This document shows, piece after piece, positions 15,012 through 24,291 of a stretch of DNA of 38,508 nt. Under the pieces are notes generated by a model, which saw only the letters and a program-made list of their open reading frames with translations, ran no database searches and was not told the origin of the DNA. Positions within the stretch are counted from its first letter, which is position 1, and each line of letters opens with the position of its first letter. Origin of the DNA: a virus; IMG/VR virus record IMGVR_UViG_3300045988_070743, positions 1 through 38,508 of that record; one strand, 5' to 3'. The position numbers and the translations under genes were made by a program.

Positions 15012-15276
15012 AATTCTTGTCTAGATACGTTTCTTTTTCACTGCTTTTTCTTGGTGGTAAAACTGCGCTATACTTTTCTACTTCATCATACTTGTTCTTT
15101 ATTCTTTTGATGATTCTATTCACACTAGAAACACTCATATTTAATCTGTCAGCTTGTTCTCTGACTGTCCATCCGTATATTCTTGTTCTTAGAATCATTT
15201 CTTCATCTTTAGTTAATAAAGCTAGATTAATAAATTCTTCAAGAATAATCTTATTCCAAGGTACTTGATTCGTCAT
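15010..15276 (-). CDS. Small sigma-70 region-4-like HTH protein (88 aa)
   Basis: LTKDEEMILRTRIYGWTVREQADRLNMSVSSVNRIIKRIKNKY matches the region-4 HTH pattern. The start overlaps the holin 3' end by 26 nt. Confidence 0.55.
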   Translation of the reverse strand: MTNQVPWNKIILEEFINLALLTKDEEMILRTRIYGWTVREQADRLNMSVSSVNRIIKRIKNKYDEVEKYSAVLPPRKSSEKETYLDKN

Positions 15277-15766
15277 TGTCTTGTTCTTCGTTAATAAGTT
15301 TATCTGCTACTTCTAATCCTTTAGTTAATACTTTTGGTACATTGTAACCACATTGTAATAAATTCTCCATAACGCTACGAGATTCATTAATACATAGCGA
15401 AGCTAACACAAACCAACCTAGCAATGTAGACACATGGAAATCAATCCCTAGAATTTCTCCTACTTCTACTAAAAATGCACTGAATGTGAACGCAACCACA
15501 ATCATAATCCAATAGCCTAGCTTTTTTAAAACACCGGTCCAACCTTTGTTGCTATTGATTTTATGAGCAATAGCCGACTTCATGCACCCTGTAATATAAT
15601 CCACTACATTCATAAATAAGAAGAACGCAAATAAATACCAATGCTCGCCTAATACGTATGTTAATACGGCTACGGCAACACCACACATTGCATTAATCTT
15701 ATCTAGAAAAAACATACTTCTTGCTATTTGCTTAAATCCTCCATTTTTATTTTCTATTAAATTCAC
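15251..15766 (-). CDS. Holin (Phage_holin_4_1 / TcdE-like family)
   Basis: Multi-TM protein with VVDYITGCMKSAI and INESRSVMENL family motifs. The start is uncertain: GTG 15766 abuts the SD, and ATA 15757, ATA 15727 and ATG 15715 are all in frame. Confidence 0.75.
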   Translation of the reverse strand: MNLIENKNGGFKQIARSMFFLDKINAMCGVAVAVLTYVLGEHWYLFAFFLFMNVVDYITGCMKSAIAHKINSNKGWTGVLKKLGYWIMIVVAFTFSAFLVEVGEILGIDFHVSTLLGWFVLASLCINESRSVMENLLQCGYNVPKVLTKGLEVADKLINEEQDNDESSTLE

Positions 15767-15769
15767 TCC

Positions 15770-16783
15770 TTACATGATTTTTAAATTATCAACCTCTAAT
15801 TCTAAGGTTCTATATCCACTCTTAATAACTTCAAATATATTTCTAATTCTTGCAGTTATTACTAGTCCAATTTCTGCTACTATAACATCAACTTTATCAC
15901 CTAAATCATAGTCCACCTTATACTCGTATGAATCCGTATTTAAATTAAAATTCACATTCTCTTTAATTTGATAATCTGCTAGTTTTTCAATTCCTTTTTG
16001 AATTAACACCTTCTTATATTCATCAAGTGTTGTACCTTCTCCCATACGCTCAGAACGTGCGTCTACATACAATTTCTTGATTCTTTCATTCTTATCTTTT
16101 CTAGCGTCATATTCAACGTAAATACGCTCTTCGCCTTGCCCCTCTCCACAAATGATTGCATAGTTCTTGTATTTACTAGAATCAATCATAACGTCCGGTT
16201 CTTCAACATTTCTGAATTCTGTTGAAAAGGTAACAAAATTGTTTCCGTCTGTATTGTTTTGAGTCAAATCACGTCCTCGATACAATACAAATGTGAACGT
16301 ACTTGATACATAGTCATATTCTATGCGAAAAGACAATTCTAACGGATATAACATCTCATAAAGCTTCTTATCAAGGCTTGCTCCTGTTTCTTGTAAGTCT
16401 ACGGTATCTGTAATGGATTCATCATATCTATACCCCATTTCCCATGAACAATACCTATCTAATAATTTCTTTACGACATCAACAATATTTCCACTGCTTG
16501 AGAATGTAGGATAAATACAATCATCTGCTAGAATCTTTTCAAAGAAAGAACCTCTAAGCAACATTTGTTTAGTGTTGTTTGAAACCGAATAATGCGGTAT
16601 TTCTACAATCCCTAACTCTTTATCCTCAGTAGAATAGATATATTGGATGTCGCTTGAATACTGCCCTATATCAATATAAATCTCGAAATCTCCTGTTTCA
16701 TAATATCTCCGATTCCACTGCACGTTATAAGGTGCTAGATGAGTTACGATATTGAAATCTTTATCTAATCCAAAGTAAGACAT
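15770..16783 (-). CDS. Tail tip / baseplate protein (Siphovirus Gp37-like, Tal position)
   Basis: 337 aa immediately after Dit. The N-terminal YNVQWNRRYYETGDFEIYI resembles the Gp37-like family as recalled. Confidence 0.45.
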   Translation of the reverse strand: MSYFGLDKDFNIVTHLAPYNVQWNRRYYETGDFEIYIDIGQYSSDIQYIYSTEDKELGIVEIPHYSVSNNTKQMLLRGSFFEKILADDCIYPTFSSSGNIVDVVKKLLDRYCSWEMGYRYDESITDTVDLQETGASLDKKLYEMLYPLELSFRIEYDYVSSTFTFVLYRGRDLTQNNTDGNNFVTFSTEFRNVEEPDVMIDSSKYKNYAIICGEGQGEERIYVEYDARKDKNERIKKLYVDARSERMGEGTTLDEYKKVLIQKGIEKLADYQIKENVNFNLNTDSYEYKVDYDLGDKVDVIVAEIGLVITARIRNIFEVIKSGYRTLELEVDNLKIM

Positions 16784-16784
16784 A

Positions 16785-17657
16785 CTATATACCTAAATAC
16801 CTTTCGTTGTAGTAAACAGTGCAAGCTAGGTTCGTATCTCCATTATCTGCCGTATATCCTATGATATTCTCACCTAAATTAATAGTCATATCATTGAATG
16901 ATGAAGTTCTATCAACTTTGCCAATACAATTCACGCCATTCTTCTTTATTGAAATAGGTTCAGAAACTAAATCGATTTCTAATACATCACCATTGTGTAA
17001 CGTATCTAATACACGAATATATTTATCTTTATTGAATAGTTTCGGATTTGTCACATCTCCAAATGCTTCAATGACGGCCCTGCAATATGTTTCTGTATCA
17101 CCTTGATTATCAATATAAATTTCTCTAGCGAATGTGAATGTTCCAAAGTTTACGCCTGTTTCCGGTATTTCGAAATTAAATGCTAAACCACCGCCGATTT
17201 CTGCAATATTCTTTGCAAAATCATCAAATGAAAGTAATAAAGGTTGCGTGCATAGAATCGTAAAATTAAGCTCTAAATCTTTGTAGATGTTAACAGTAGG
17301 CAAGCTATACGCATATAAACGACCTCTGCAATACTTCTTTTCTCCCATGTACTCAACTATCACATCAAATACATGAGAATATTGGAAGAAGCGCCGTAGC
17401 TTCTCCCTTTCTTCTCTTTTTTCTTCTAGTGAACCTTTAAAGATAGCTTTCACGCTTCTTTCTTTCGTTGGAATACGTGAACCGATTAATCTAGCACCAT
17501 TTCCAAATGCGTTGTCTTGCGTAGTGTATGAAGGTGCTACATAATCAAATCCATCTAAGCCATCATTTGAAGGAATCCTCCATCTTTTTTGGTTGTCAAT
17601 TTCAAATTCTGTGCCATCATCCCTACGGACAATAACTCTTACTTTATTGATATCTAT
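16785..17657 (-). CDS. Distal tail protein (Dit); probable ATA start
   Basis: The frame is open for 68 codons upstream of the first canonical start (GTG 17453), with no ATG, GTG or TTG. ATA 17657-17655 overlaps the TMP stop (ATAG), 7 nt after GGAGGTG. Confidence 0.7.
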   Translation of the reverse strand: MDINKVRVIVRRDDGTEFEIDNQKRWRIPSNDGLDGFDYVAPSYTTQDNAFGNGARLIGSRIPTKERSVKAIFKGSLEEKREEREKLRRFFQYSHVFDVIVEYMGEKKYCRGRLYAYSLPTVNIYKDLELNFTILCTQPLLLSFDDFAKNIAEIGGGLAFNFEIPETGVNFGTFTFAREIYIDNQGDTETYCRAVIEAFGDVTNPKLFNKDKYIRVLDTLHNGDVLEIDLVSEPISIKKNGVNCIGKVDRTSSFNDMTINLGENIIGYTADNGDTNLACTVYYNERYLGI

Positions 17658-20233
17658 TGAACTACACCTCCATATCCATATCTTGCTTGCATACGTAACA
17701 TTCTAGCGATTTCATCCGGACTTTGAGCTTTATTGTAGAAGTTGATAGTCTGTCCATTGTTATTCGTTGTAACACTAGGCATAATTTGGACCATATCTTT
17801 TGCTACGGCACGAATCCACGCTTTATTCTTTTCTAAAGGAACGACTGCTTCTGCTCCATTACCTTCTAACAATCCAATTTGACCGCGTTTCAATACACCA
17901 CCAAGCTCTAGTTTTGGAATCTTTCCAATGCTAACTCCGGGAATCTTATTGATGATACTGATTGCACCATTAATTCCACCGATAACACCATTTACCATTC
18001 CTTTTACACTTCCAACTAATGATTGCACTGCTCCTTCAATTCCATTGAATACACCACCTACAAAGCCTTTTAAACCGCTCCATGCATTCTGTATTCCATG
18101 TAGAACATTTGAAATCTTATTTCCTACTTTATCCATCACGATTTTTACTTTTGACCACACATCGTCAAATACATTTGAAATAGTATCTTTTACACCTGCG
18201 AAGCTAGAATCAATTATATCAATCACATTTTGTACAATATTTCCAATATTATCGAATACACCTTTGATAACATTCCATATGCTTTCAAATATGCTTGAAA
18301 TTGACTGGAATAAACCACTTGCAAATTGAATGATTGCAGATACTACCTCACTTATCTTGCCCCAAATATTCGTTGCAACAGTTACGATTAAAGACCAAAT
18401 ATTAGATATGATAGATGCAATGATTTGAACAATCGGCATGATGATAGACAATATTGTAGAAATTGCACTTCCAACATATGAAATCACCATACTAATGAAC
18501 GAAATGATTCCACTTACAACACTTCCAACTATCGAAAGAATAGATGTGATTACAGGAATTAATCCAACTATGTTTGAAATCACCATCTTTATAATCGCTA
18601 GGATAGGTGGACCAACCACGCTCAGAATCTTTTGTGCTTGGTTTACGATATTTTGAATAGCTTCAATAATCTTAGCTAATATATCTTTTGCAATAGGTTC
18701 AAGTGCAATCTTCATTTTGTCGATTGCGTCTTTTACCTTATCAAAAGCAGGAGCTAACACTTCAGAAACTTGGCTTGTGATTTTTGTGATTCCACTTGTA
18801 TCAATCTTACTTAATACATTTGAAATTACATCACCAACTTTAGCAAATCCTTGTTGAATACCTTGTATCGCTACTGTAATTAGTCCAATAATACCGGAAA
18901 GAATAGGAGTAATCGCTTCGCCTATTGGAGTAAATGAGTTTAAGAATGTACGCCCTAAGCCACTTAAAGCGTTCTTTAAACCACCATTTGCAATATCTTT
19001 AACCTTTTCCATTGCTCCTTGTACATCTTTATATTTATTCCCTACTGTCGTTAAGGACTGAATGAATCCGGCGTTGAAATCTTCTCCCATTGTACCGAAA
19101 GCCGTTGCAGATTTATTCAATTTTTCTTGTTCATTTGTAGTCTTTGAAATATCTTCTACAATCGCATTCACAACATCTTTTTGAGTTGCTCTTCCTTCTT
19201 GCCATGCCTTAAATACATCTTGTGTTTTGGTATCAAAACTATCTAAAGCTCCTTCAATAGTTCCATCAACTAACCTTGTGGTAACTTCGTTAATTGCGTC
19301 ATTTACTTTGTCAAGGTTATAAGCTCCACCGTCTAAACCATTCTGCATTAATTGGAAGTATTCTTCTGCCGAATATCCTGCTTGCTTGAATTTACCGGAG
19401 TATTCTGAAATGTTGTCGCCTAACTCATCTGATTTGTTTAAACCATTCTGAGCACCTGTAGCCATAAGGTCGAAAGCTTCTTGAGAAGTAATTCCGAACT
19501 GCTTCATTAATTGTTGAGCACCTCTAAGAGTTTCGTTCTCGTCCATGCCGAATGTGTCTCTTAATGTCAATAAATCCTCAGTTACATTCTTTAAATCAAC
19601 ATCGCTTATGCCTTGCATTTGTTGCTTGACACGTGCCATCATATCAGCAACATCTGAAACATCTGAGCCGAAATTATTAGACCAAACATCACGAGCAATG
19701 TTTTTAAATTTATTCATTTCATTGCTTGAAGCACCTGTTTGAGCTTGAAATTTAGCCATAGCGTCATCTAGCTCCACGGCTTGGTTAACACCTGTCTTAA
19801 TAGCTAGTGCCATACCTCCGATAGCTCCTGCTACGGCAGTAACGCCTACAACACCTCCTACGCCTAATCCTGTTAATGTTTCAGTGATTGCAGTAGCTTC
19901 CGGACTAATGTTCTGAATCTTTCCTAATAGTCCATCAAATCCACCTTGAATTGACTCTAATGCACTGTTTCCTACTTGCTTAAATACATCAAATTTAGAA
20001 CCTGTTTCTTGTGTTTCTGTTTGTGTATTCTTTTGCTCTTCGTTTAAATCTTTAAGTTTTTCTTTAATCTTCGGTGGTGCTTTTGAACCATCAGAACCTA
20101 GCTTATCAATCGCTTTTGAAGTTTCTTTAATAGCATTTGTAGCTCCACTTGTGACTACATGAACGGATTTCATTCCATTCTCTAGACCACTTGTATCAAT
20201 CTTTGTATCAAACTTTAATGTTCCGTCTGATAT
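17654..20233 (-). CDS. Tape measure protein; probable ATA start
   Basis: 859 aa with a Gly/Ala/Ile-rich repetitive TM-like core. The conserved-looking N-terminus GTLKFDTKIDTSGLENG lies upstream of the first ATG (20173). ATA 20233-20231 directly follows an in-frame TGA and GGAGGTGG. Confidence 0.8.
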   Translation of the reverse strand: MSDGTLKFDTKIDTSGLENGMKSVHVVTSGATNAIKETSKAIDKLGSDGSKAPPKIKEKLKDLNEEQKNTQTETQETGSKFDVFKQVGNSALESIQGGFDGLLGKIQNISPEATAITETLTGLGVGGVVGVTAVAGAIGGMALAIKTGVNQAVELDDAMAKFQAQTGASSNEMNKFKNIARDVWSNNFGSDVSDVADMMARVKQQMQGISDVDLKNVTEDLLTLRDTFGMDENETLRGAQQLMKQFGITSQEAFDLMATGAQNGLNKSDELGDNISEYSGKFKQAGYSAEEYFQLMQNGLDGGAYNLDKVNDAINEVTTRLVDGTIEGALDSFDTKTQDVFKAWQEGRATQKDVVNAIVEDISKTTNEQEKLNKSATAFGTMGEDFNAGFIQSLTTVGNKYKDVQGAMEKVKDIANGGLKNALSGLGRTFLNSFTPIGEAITPILSGIIGLITVAIQGIQQGFAKVGDVISNVLSKIDTSGITKITSQVSEVLAPAFDKVKDAIDKMKIALEPIAKDILAKIIEAIQNIVNQAQKILSVVGPPILAIIKMVISNIVGLIPVITSILSIVGSVVSGIISFISMVISYVGSAISTILSIIMPIVQIIASIISNIWSLIVTVATNIWGKISEVVSAIIQFASGLFQSISSIFESIWNVIKGVFDNIGNIVQNVIDIIDSSFAGVKDTISNVFDDVWSKVKIVMDKVGNKISNVLHGIQNAWSGLKGFVGGVFNGIEGAVQSLVGSVKGMVNGVIGGINGAISIINKIPGVSIGKIPKLELGGVLKRGQIGLLEGNGAEAVVPLEKNKAWIRAVAKDMVQIMPSVTTNNNGQTINFYNKAQSPDEIARMLRMQARYGYGGVVQ

Positions 20234-20253
20234 TCAATTTGCCACCTCCTTTT

Positions 20254-20817
20254 CTAAACATCGAAATATGAATCAAATTCATCCTTCATTTCTTGTTCCT
20301 CTATTGTTAATTCGATTGGGAAAGACCACGCTTCTTTTGCTCTTTGATATGCTTTATCTTGTGTATCATTCTTTGAAGGCTTTTCATATCCTCTAACACT
20401 CTTTGCATATCCCCATAAAGTTGAATCACCAACGATATTATTCGCCAATGCTAAGAACTTATGCCAATGCATATTGCATTCTGTTAAATCAATGCCGTAA
20501 AGTTGCATAAAAGCCGAATAAATATATTCCCCATCTTGCACATAGTCTAAAGTCTTAACGCCTGTAGAATCACTTCTAGGCGTACTAGAAGGGTTATATA
20601 AGAATCGTTCTAGCTCTTTTAAAATATGCTTATCTATGATAGGTGGTTCATTTACGAATAAATAAGAGCAATCTATTTCATCAATGATATAATGATTAAA
20701 TCTTTCTAATTCTTCATAGAATCTTATCCATAATCGAAAATCTGTATTTAATAAAATAGGCTCGCCATCTAGCGATTGTATGCTATTTGGCAAGCCTTTT
20801 GTCCGTAAATCAATCAT
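20254..20817 (-). CDS. Phage Gp15-family tail assembly protein
   Basis: ILLNTDFRLWIRFYEEL motif and position between the chaperone and TMP. ATGA overlap with the upstream gene. Confidence 0.55.
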   Translation of the reverse strand: MIDLRTKGLPNSIQSLDGEPILLNTDFRLWIRFYEELERFNHYIIDEIDCSYLFVNEPPIIDKHILKELERFLYNPSSTPRSDSTGVKTLDYVQDGEYIYSAFMQLYGIDLTECNMHWHKFLALANNIVGDSTLWGYAKSVRGYEKPSKNDTQDKAYQRAKEAWSFPIELTIEEQEMKDEFDSYFDV

Positions 20818-21176
20818 TTATTTTCCGTAACCTTTGAAACTGCATTGCTTGCATCAATTAAGCTTTTGATTGCTTTATCGTTCATTAATGTTCTAGCTTT
20901 CTTCATTGCTTGTTCATTTGTTTTTCTTGAATATTCTTCATCAATTAAATTCACAATATATAACACTTCCATTAAATCTACTTGTTCAATATCTACGCTA
21001 CCTAACATGCTTTCAATCTGTTCATCTGTTAATACTGTTTTAAGATAGTCGAATTTAGCTCGATATGCTTCTTCATGTGTAGCATGAAATGCGTTACAAG
21101 CGTCCTCTGCTTTTAATACCTCAATTGTTTTAGGTGGGATTTCATACTGTTTCCCTTCATACGTGATTCTATTCAT
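20814..21176 (-). CDS. Tail assembly chaperone (gpG-position)
   Basis: 120 aa, immediately after the tail tube gene. GAGGT lies 5 nt upstream of the ATG. Confidence 0.5.
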   Translation of the reverse strand: MNRITYEGKQYEIPPKTIEVLKAEDACNAFHATHEEAYRAKFDYLKTVLTDEQIESMLGSVDIEQVDLMEVLYIVNLIDEEYSRKTNEQAMKKARTLMNDKAIKSLIDASNAVSKVTENK

Positions 21177-21192
21177 GATTTACCTCTTTTCT

Positions 21193-21699
21193 TTATACTT
21201 CTGATGTACCTTCTGTGAATGTCACTGTTCCATCTGCTACCTTTGCAGTACCAACACGAATATCGCTTGCAAAGTTAATATTGAAGTTGATTTTTGAATC
21301 GACACCGCTTAACGTGTCAAAGATTAATTTAGCGTCAACTTCCCATGCTCTATATCCTTTTGTTTTGTCTCCGTCAAACATGAACGCAATTAAAGCTTTT
21401 GTATTTACTTCTTCGTTGTTTGGCACGGATTTCATCATTTTTTCGTAAATATATTCGAAATCATCTTCGCCTTTAATCATTGTTAAATCTTGCGAAATTT
21501 GAGGTGAATAATTCTTTAATGATTCTGTTGGGTTCTTATCTGCGATAAAGTCATATGTTTCTGTTTCACTGTTAAACGAAATATCTAAAGTTGTAGACTT
21601 TTTAATTCGCTTATATCCTGTTCCCATTTCCAAGAACAAACCAATCATATACTTCTTGACTGTCTGTCCTACGCTTACTTCAGTTCCTTGAGTTGCTAT
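21193..21699 (-). CDS. Major tail (tube) protein; probable ATA start
   Basis: Position and size fit. The frame is open 17 codons upstream of ATG 21648. ATA 21699-21697 overlaps the upstream TAA (TAATA), 8 nt after GGAG. Confidence 0.6.
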   Translation of the reverse strand: MATQGTEVSVGQTVKKYMIGLFLEMGTGYKRIKKSTTLDISFNSETETYDFIADKNPTESLKNYSPQISQDLTMIKGEDDFEYIYEKMMKSVPNNEEVNTKALIAFMFDGDKTKGYRAWEVDAKLIFDTLSGVDSKINFNINFASDIRVGTAKVADGTVTFTEGTSEV

Positions 21700-22118
21700 T
21701 AATTAAGCTCCTTTCTGTATTTAATTTGAATAGTCAACGCATATACTGCTTGACTATCCTCATTTGTGTATAGATATAAACCACTTGAAACGGAAACATC
21801 ATCACAATATTTGTTTCCGTCTAGTTGTGGCAATTCTCCGTTTAAATTCTTTTCATCAATCCAATTTTCTAATTCTTCTAGAAAAACATTGTTGTCTTGC
21901 CTTTCTGATTCAATTTGTGTATTCCTACGTGCTAGAAACGTGTAGTATTCAGTACGCATTTGAGAGCCGTCAATGTATGTATCTACAATTGCGTTAGGTT
22001 CTTTATACAACGCATAAGAGATAGCTTGTTGCGCTAAAACATCCGTTTCAATACGTTCATCTATCTGTATATTTCCATAGCCATAAAGCCACTGAATCAA
22101 TGCTTTTGATACTGTCAT
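21699..22118 (-). CDS. Tail terminator / head-tail joining protein
   Basis: 139 aa directly upstream of the tube gene, with an ATGA overlap. Confidence 0.5.
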   Translation of the reverse strand: MTVSKALIQWLYGYGNIQIDERIETDVLAQQAISYALYKEPNAIVDTYIDGSQMRTEYYTFLARRNTQIESERQDNNVFLEELENWIDEKNLNGELPQLDGNKYCDDVSVSSGLYLYTNEDSQAVYALTIQIKYRKELN

Positions 22119-22471
22119 TCTCCGTCTCCTATCATCTGTTGTGCTTTCTTTAAGATTGTTTCTGCTCCACCATTTCGCATAGCTTTTTCAAACCAATGGT
22201 CTGTTTTTCCACCAACGAAATGAGCATTCTCTTTGTTGTAATACCACCGTCTAGCATATGGAGCACTTGGCCCACCTTGCTTTACTAATCCACTACCGAT
22301 TTGTGTTAATCGTGTAGCCGAGTTAATCAATGCTCCTGTGTCTCTAGGCGTATAGGGGGACATAAGCCTAATGACTTCAGAATCAATCATTTGTTGAACT
22401 CGTCCACGTTCTTCAAGTCCTCTTGATTGTTTAATTTGGGGAATTGATTCAACATCAAGTTTGACTTTCAT
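22115..22471 (-). CDS. HK97 gp10-family neck protein
   Basis: PRDTGALINS...YARRWYY pattern. The best start is ATG 22471. The track ORF extends to 22549, overlapping the upstream gene. Confidence 0.55.
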   Translation of the reverse strand: MKVKLDVESIPQIKQSRGLEERGRVQQMIDSEVIRLMSPYTPRDTGALINSATRLTQIGSGLVKQGGPSAPYARRWYYNKENAHFVGGKTDHWFEKAMRNGGAETILKKAQQMIGDGE

Positions 22472-22473
22472 TC

Positions 22474-22893
22474 CTATTGACCAACAACCTCCCAATGTTT
22501 CAACATATCGACATTCGTACAATCTGTTACGCTTTGAATCGTTGTCCATTTGTATTTCTTTTTAGCTTCATTTATTGCTTTAATACTAGATAAATCTTCT
22601 TCAACTTCTCCAAAGAATACAAAATCTGTCTTATCCGTATTTAACGTGAAATGCTTTTGCTTCTCATCATTTGAAAGTTTCGCATATGCGTAAGGTTCAA
22701 CATATCCCTCACGATATAGAATGGTAATATTTGTGGATGTTGCTATGCTCAGAATATTACCATTTGCGGTTCTAACGGTTGATTGTCTCCACATACATTT
22801 ATCAAGAATAGAAGCTTGAAACCTATCTTCTCTTGTCAATGTGTCATAGTAGTGATTAACAAGTGTAATTGAATCCTCAAAGAATCCTATCAT
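22474..22893 (-). CDS. Head closure / head-tail adaptor protein
   Basis: ATGA-coupled start at 22893. Assignment rests on its position in the connector cluster. Confidence 0.45.
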   Translation of the reverse strand: MIGFFEDSITLVNHYYDTLTREDRFQASILDKCMWRQSTVRTANGNILSIATSTNITILYREGYVEPYAYAKLSNDEKQKHFTLNTDKTDFVFFGEVEEDLSSIKAINEAKKKYKWTTIQSVTDCTNVDMLKHWEVVGQ

Positions 22894-23237
22894 AATGCAA
22901 TCCATCTTTCTTTCATTAAATCAGTATCACCTAACCAAAAGGCGATAATATCCTCAAGCATGTTTCTTTTGTCTGAGTGTGAAGCGTTTATAAAGCTTTT
23001 GGAATATCCACCATTTGAAATACTTGATACACCATCAATTGAATCTTGAAAGATTACATTGTTCAATACATCGCAAATACAATCTTTTAAAGTGCTTTCG
23101 TTCTGTTCGTTAATAGAATCAACATTCACATACTTCAATACCATTGCTTCTGCTTTGTAAGAATACTGATTGAATTGATTTTCATCGAATTTAGGAAAAT
23201 GGGAATTGTAATATTCCCAATCTAAAATATTGTTCAT
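22890..23237 (-). CDS. Head-tail connector protein (gp6/gp15-like)
   Basis: 115 aa, first gene after the capsid block. GGGGG lies 7 nt upstream of the ATG. Confidence 0.5.
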   Translation of the reverse strand: MNNILDWEYYNSHFPKFDENQFNQYSYKAEAMVLKYVNVDSINEQNESTLKDCICDVLNNVIFQDSIDGVSSISNGGYSKSFINASHSDKRNMLEDIIAFWLGDTDLMKERWIAL

Positions 23238-23258
23238 TTTACAACCCCCTTTTTTTAG

Positions 23259-23408
23259 CTATTTTTTCTTTTTATCTTGAGGTTTAGCTTCCTCTTTTTC
23301 TTCTGTGGGTTCTTCTTTTTCTTCTTCATTAACTGTAGGCTCGTTAACTTTTGGTTGTTCAACCTCTTTATTGATGGAAGGATAGCCCCATCCGATTTCC
23401 GTTGCCAT
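23259..23408 (-). CDS. Small acidic Glu/Lys/Pro-rich protein (49 aa), absent from the ORF track
   Basis: TAATG overlap with the capsid stop. Sequence is MATEIGWGYPSINKEVEQPKVNEPTVNEEEKEEPTEEKEEAKPQDKKKK. Confidence 0.45.
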   Translation of the reverse strand: MATEIGWGYPSINKEVEQPKVNEPTVNEEEKEEPTEEKEEAKPQDKKKK

Positions 23409-24277
23409 TACTTAGCACTAGCAGATAAGTAAATACCTGCTACCTTATTTGCGTATACATCAACGATTCCATACTTACGATATTTCAATACATCTGAATC
23501 TGATTCAATGTTATTGCTTGCCGGAATTACATTTGAAACGGTGTGTTTATCCCATTTCATAACGGCAGGCTTGTGAACAATTAAGAAGTTAATTGCGTGT
23601 CCATCTTCTGCCTTTTCGTATCCGCCTTCAAGCTCTGTATCTTTTCCACTCAACAATTTAATTTTTGTATAGAAACGTGTTGAAGGTACAGGAACAACTT
23701 TTGCGAATCCTTGTAAAGCTTCACGAGATTTGTAAGTGTCCAACGCCTTAACGCTATTTAATAATGTTGGTGTTGAATACAAGATACGTTGTTCGCTAGG
23801 AACTTCATCCTCATCCATTTTAGTGATAGCCGTTAATAATGCGCTCAAGAACTCTTCTGCACCTGTATAATCTTCTGCAACTGTTGTGATTCCTGTTGTG
23901 CCGGCAATTTTGGCGAATGTGTAAGCGTCTGCTTCCGGTGCTACCTTTGTACGCATTAATTCCGCTCCTGCCATACCGAACGCAATATTCATTGATTCTG
24001 CGTTATCCTGTGTATCAACTGAGATTTTAGTTCCTCGGTCATAGTCGAATGTAGCAGTTTTCCATTCTAATTTAACTGAGTTACCTGTATAACCACTGTT
24101 TCTATCGTAGTTTCCTAAACCCTTGACTGAAATTTGTGGATAGATGATTTCTTTTGCGTTCGCTCCTGCTCTAACCATTGTAGCGTCTGCGTTTAAATCA
24201 CCTGTAACTGAAGCTAACTTATATACCTCATCCAAATTTGAGACATACGTTTTAGCTAATGCAATTTGATTTGGTAT
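23408..24277 (-). CDS. Major capsid protein; probable ATA start
   Basis: 289 aa directly after the scaffold gene. AAGGAGG lies 9 nt upstream of ATA 24277-24275, with an in-frame TAA two codons upstream. The first canonical start (TTG 24235) has no SD. Confidence 0.7.
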   Translation of the reverse strand: MPNQIALAKTYVSNLDEVYKLASVTGDLNADATMVRAGANAKEIIYPQISVKGLGNYDRNSGYTGNSVKLEWKTATFDYDRGTKISVDTQDNAESMNIAFGMAGAELMRTKVAPEADAYTFAKIAGTTGITTVAEDYTGAEEFLSALLTAITKMDEDEVPSEQRILYSTPTLLNSVKALDTYKSREALQGFAKVVPVPSTRFYTKIKLLSGKDTELEGGYEKAEDGHAINFLIVHKPAVMKWDKHTVSNVIPASNNIESDSDVLKYRKYGIVDVYANKVAGIYLSASAK

Positions 24278-24291
24278 TAATTAAATCCTCC

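Noticed and set aside
20231-20237. TTG 20237, 7 nt after GGAGG, as the tape-measure start.
   Set aside because: It is out of frame with the tape measure protein and terminates after 9 codons. Using it would require an unsupported frameshift.
20814-21176. A programmed -1 frameshift between the two tail chaperone genes (G/GT type).
   Set aside because: The second ORF has its own ATG in an ATGA overlap. I saw no slippery heptamer at the junction. It looks like two separate coupled genes (chaperone plus Gp15-family protein).
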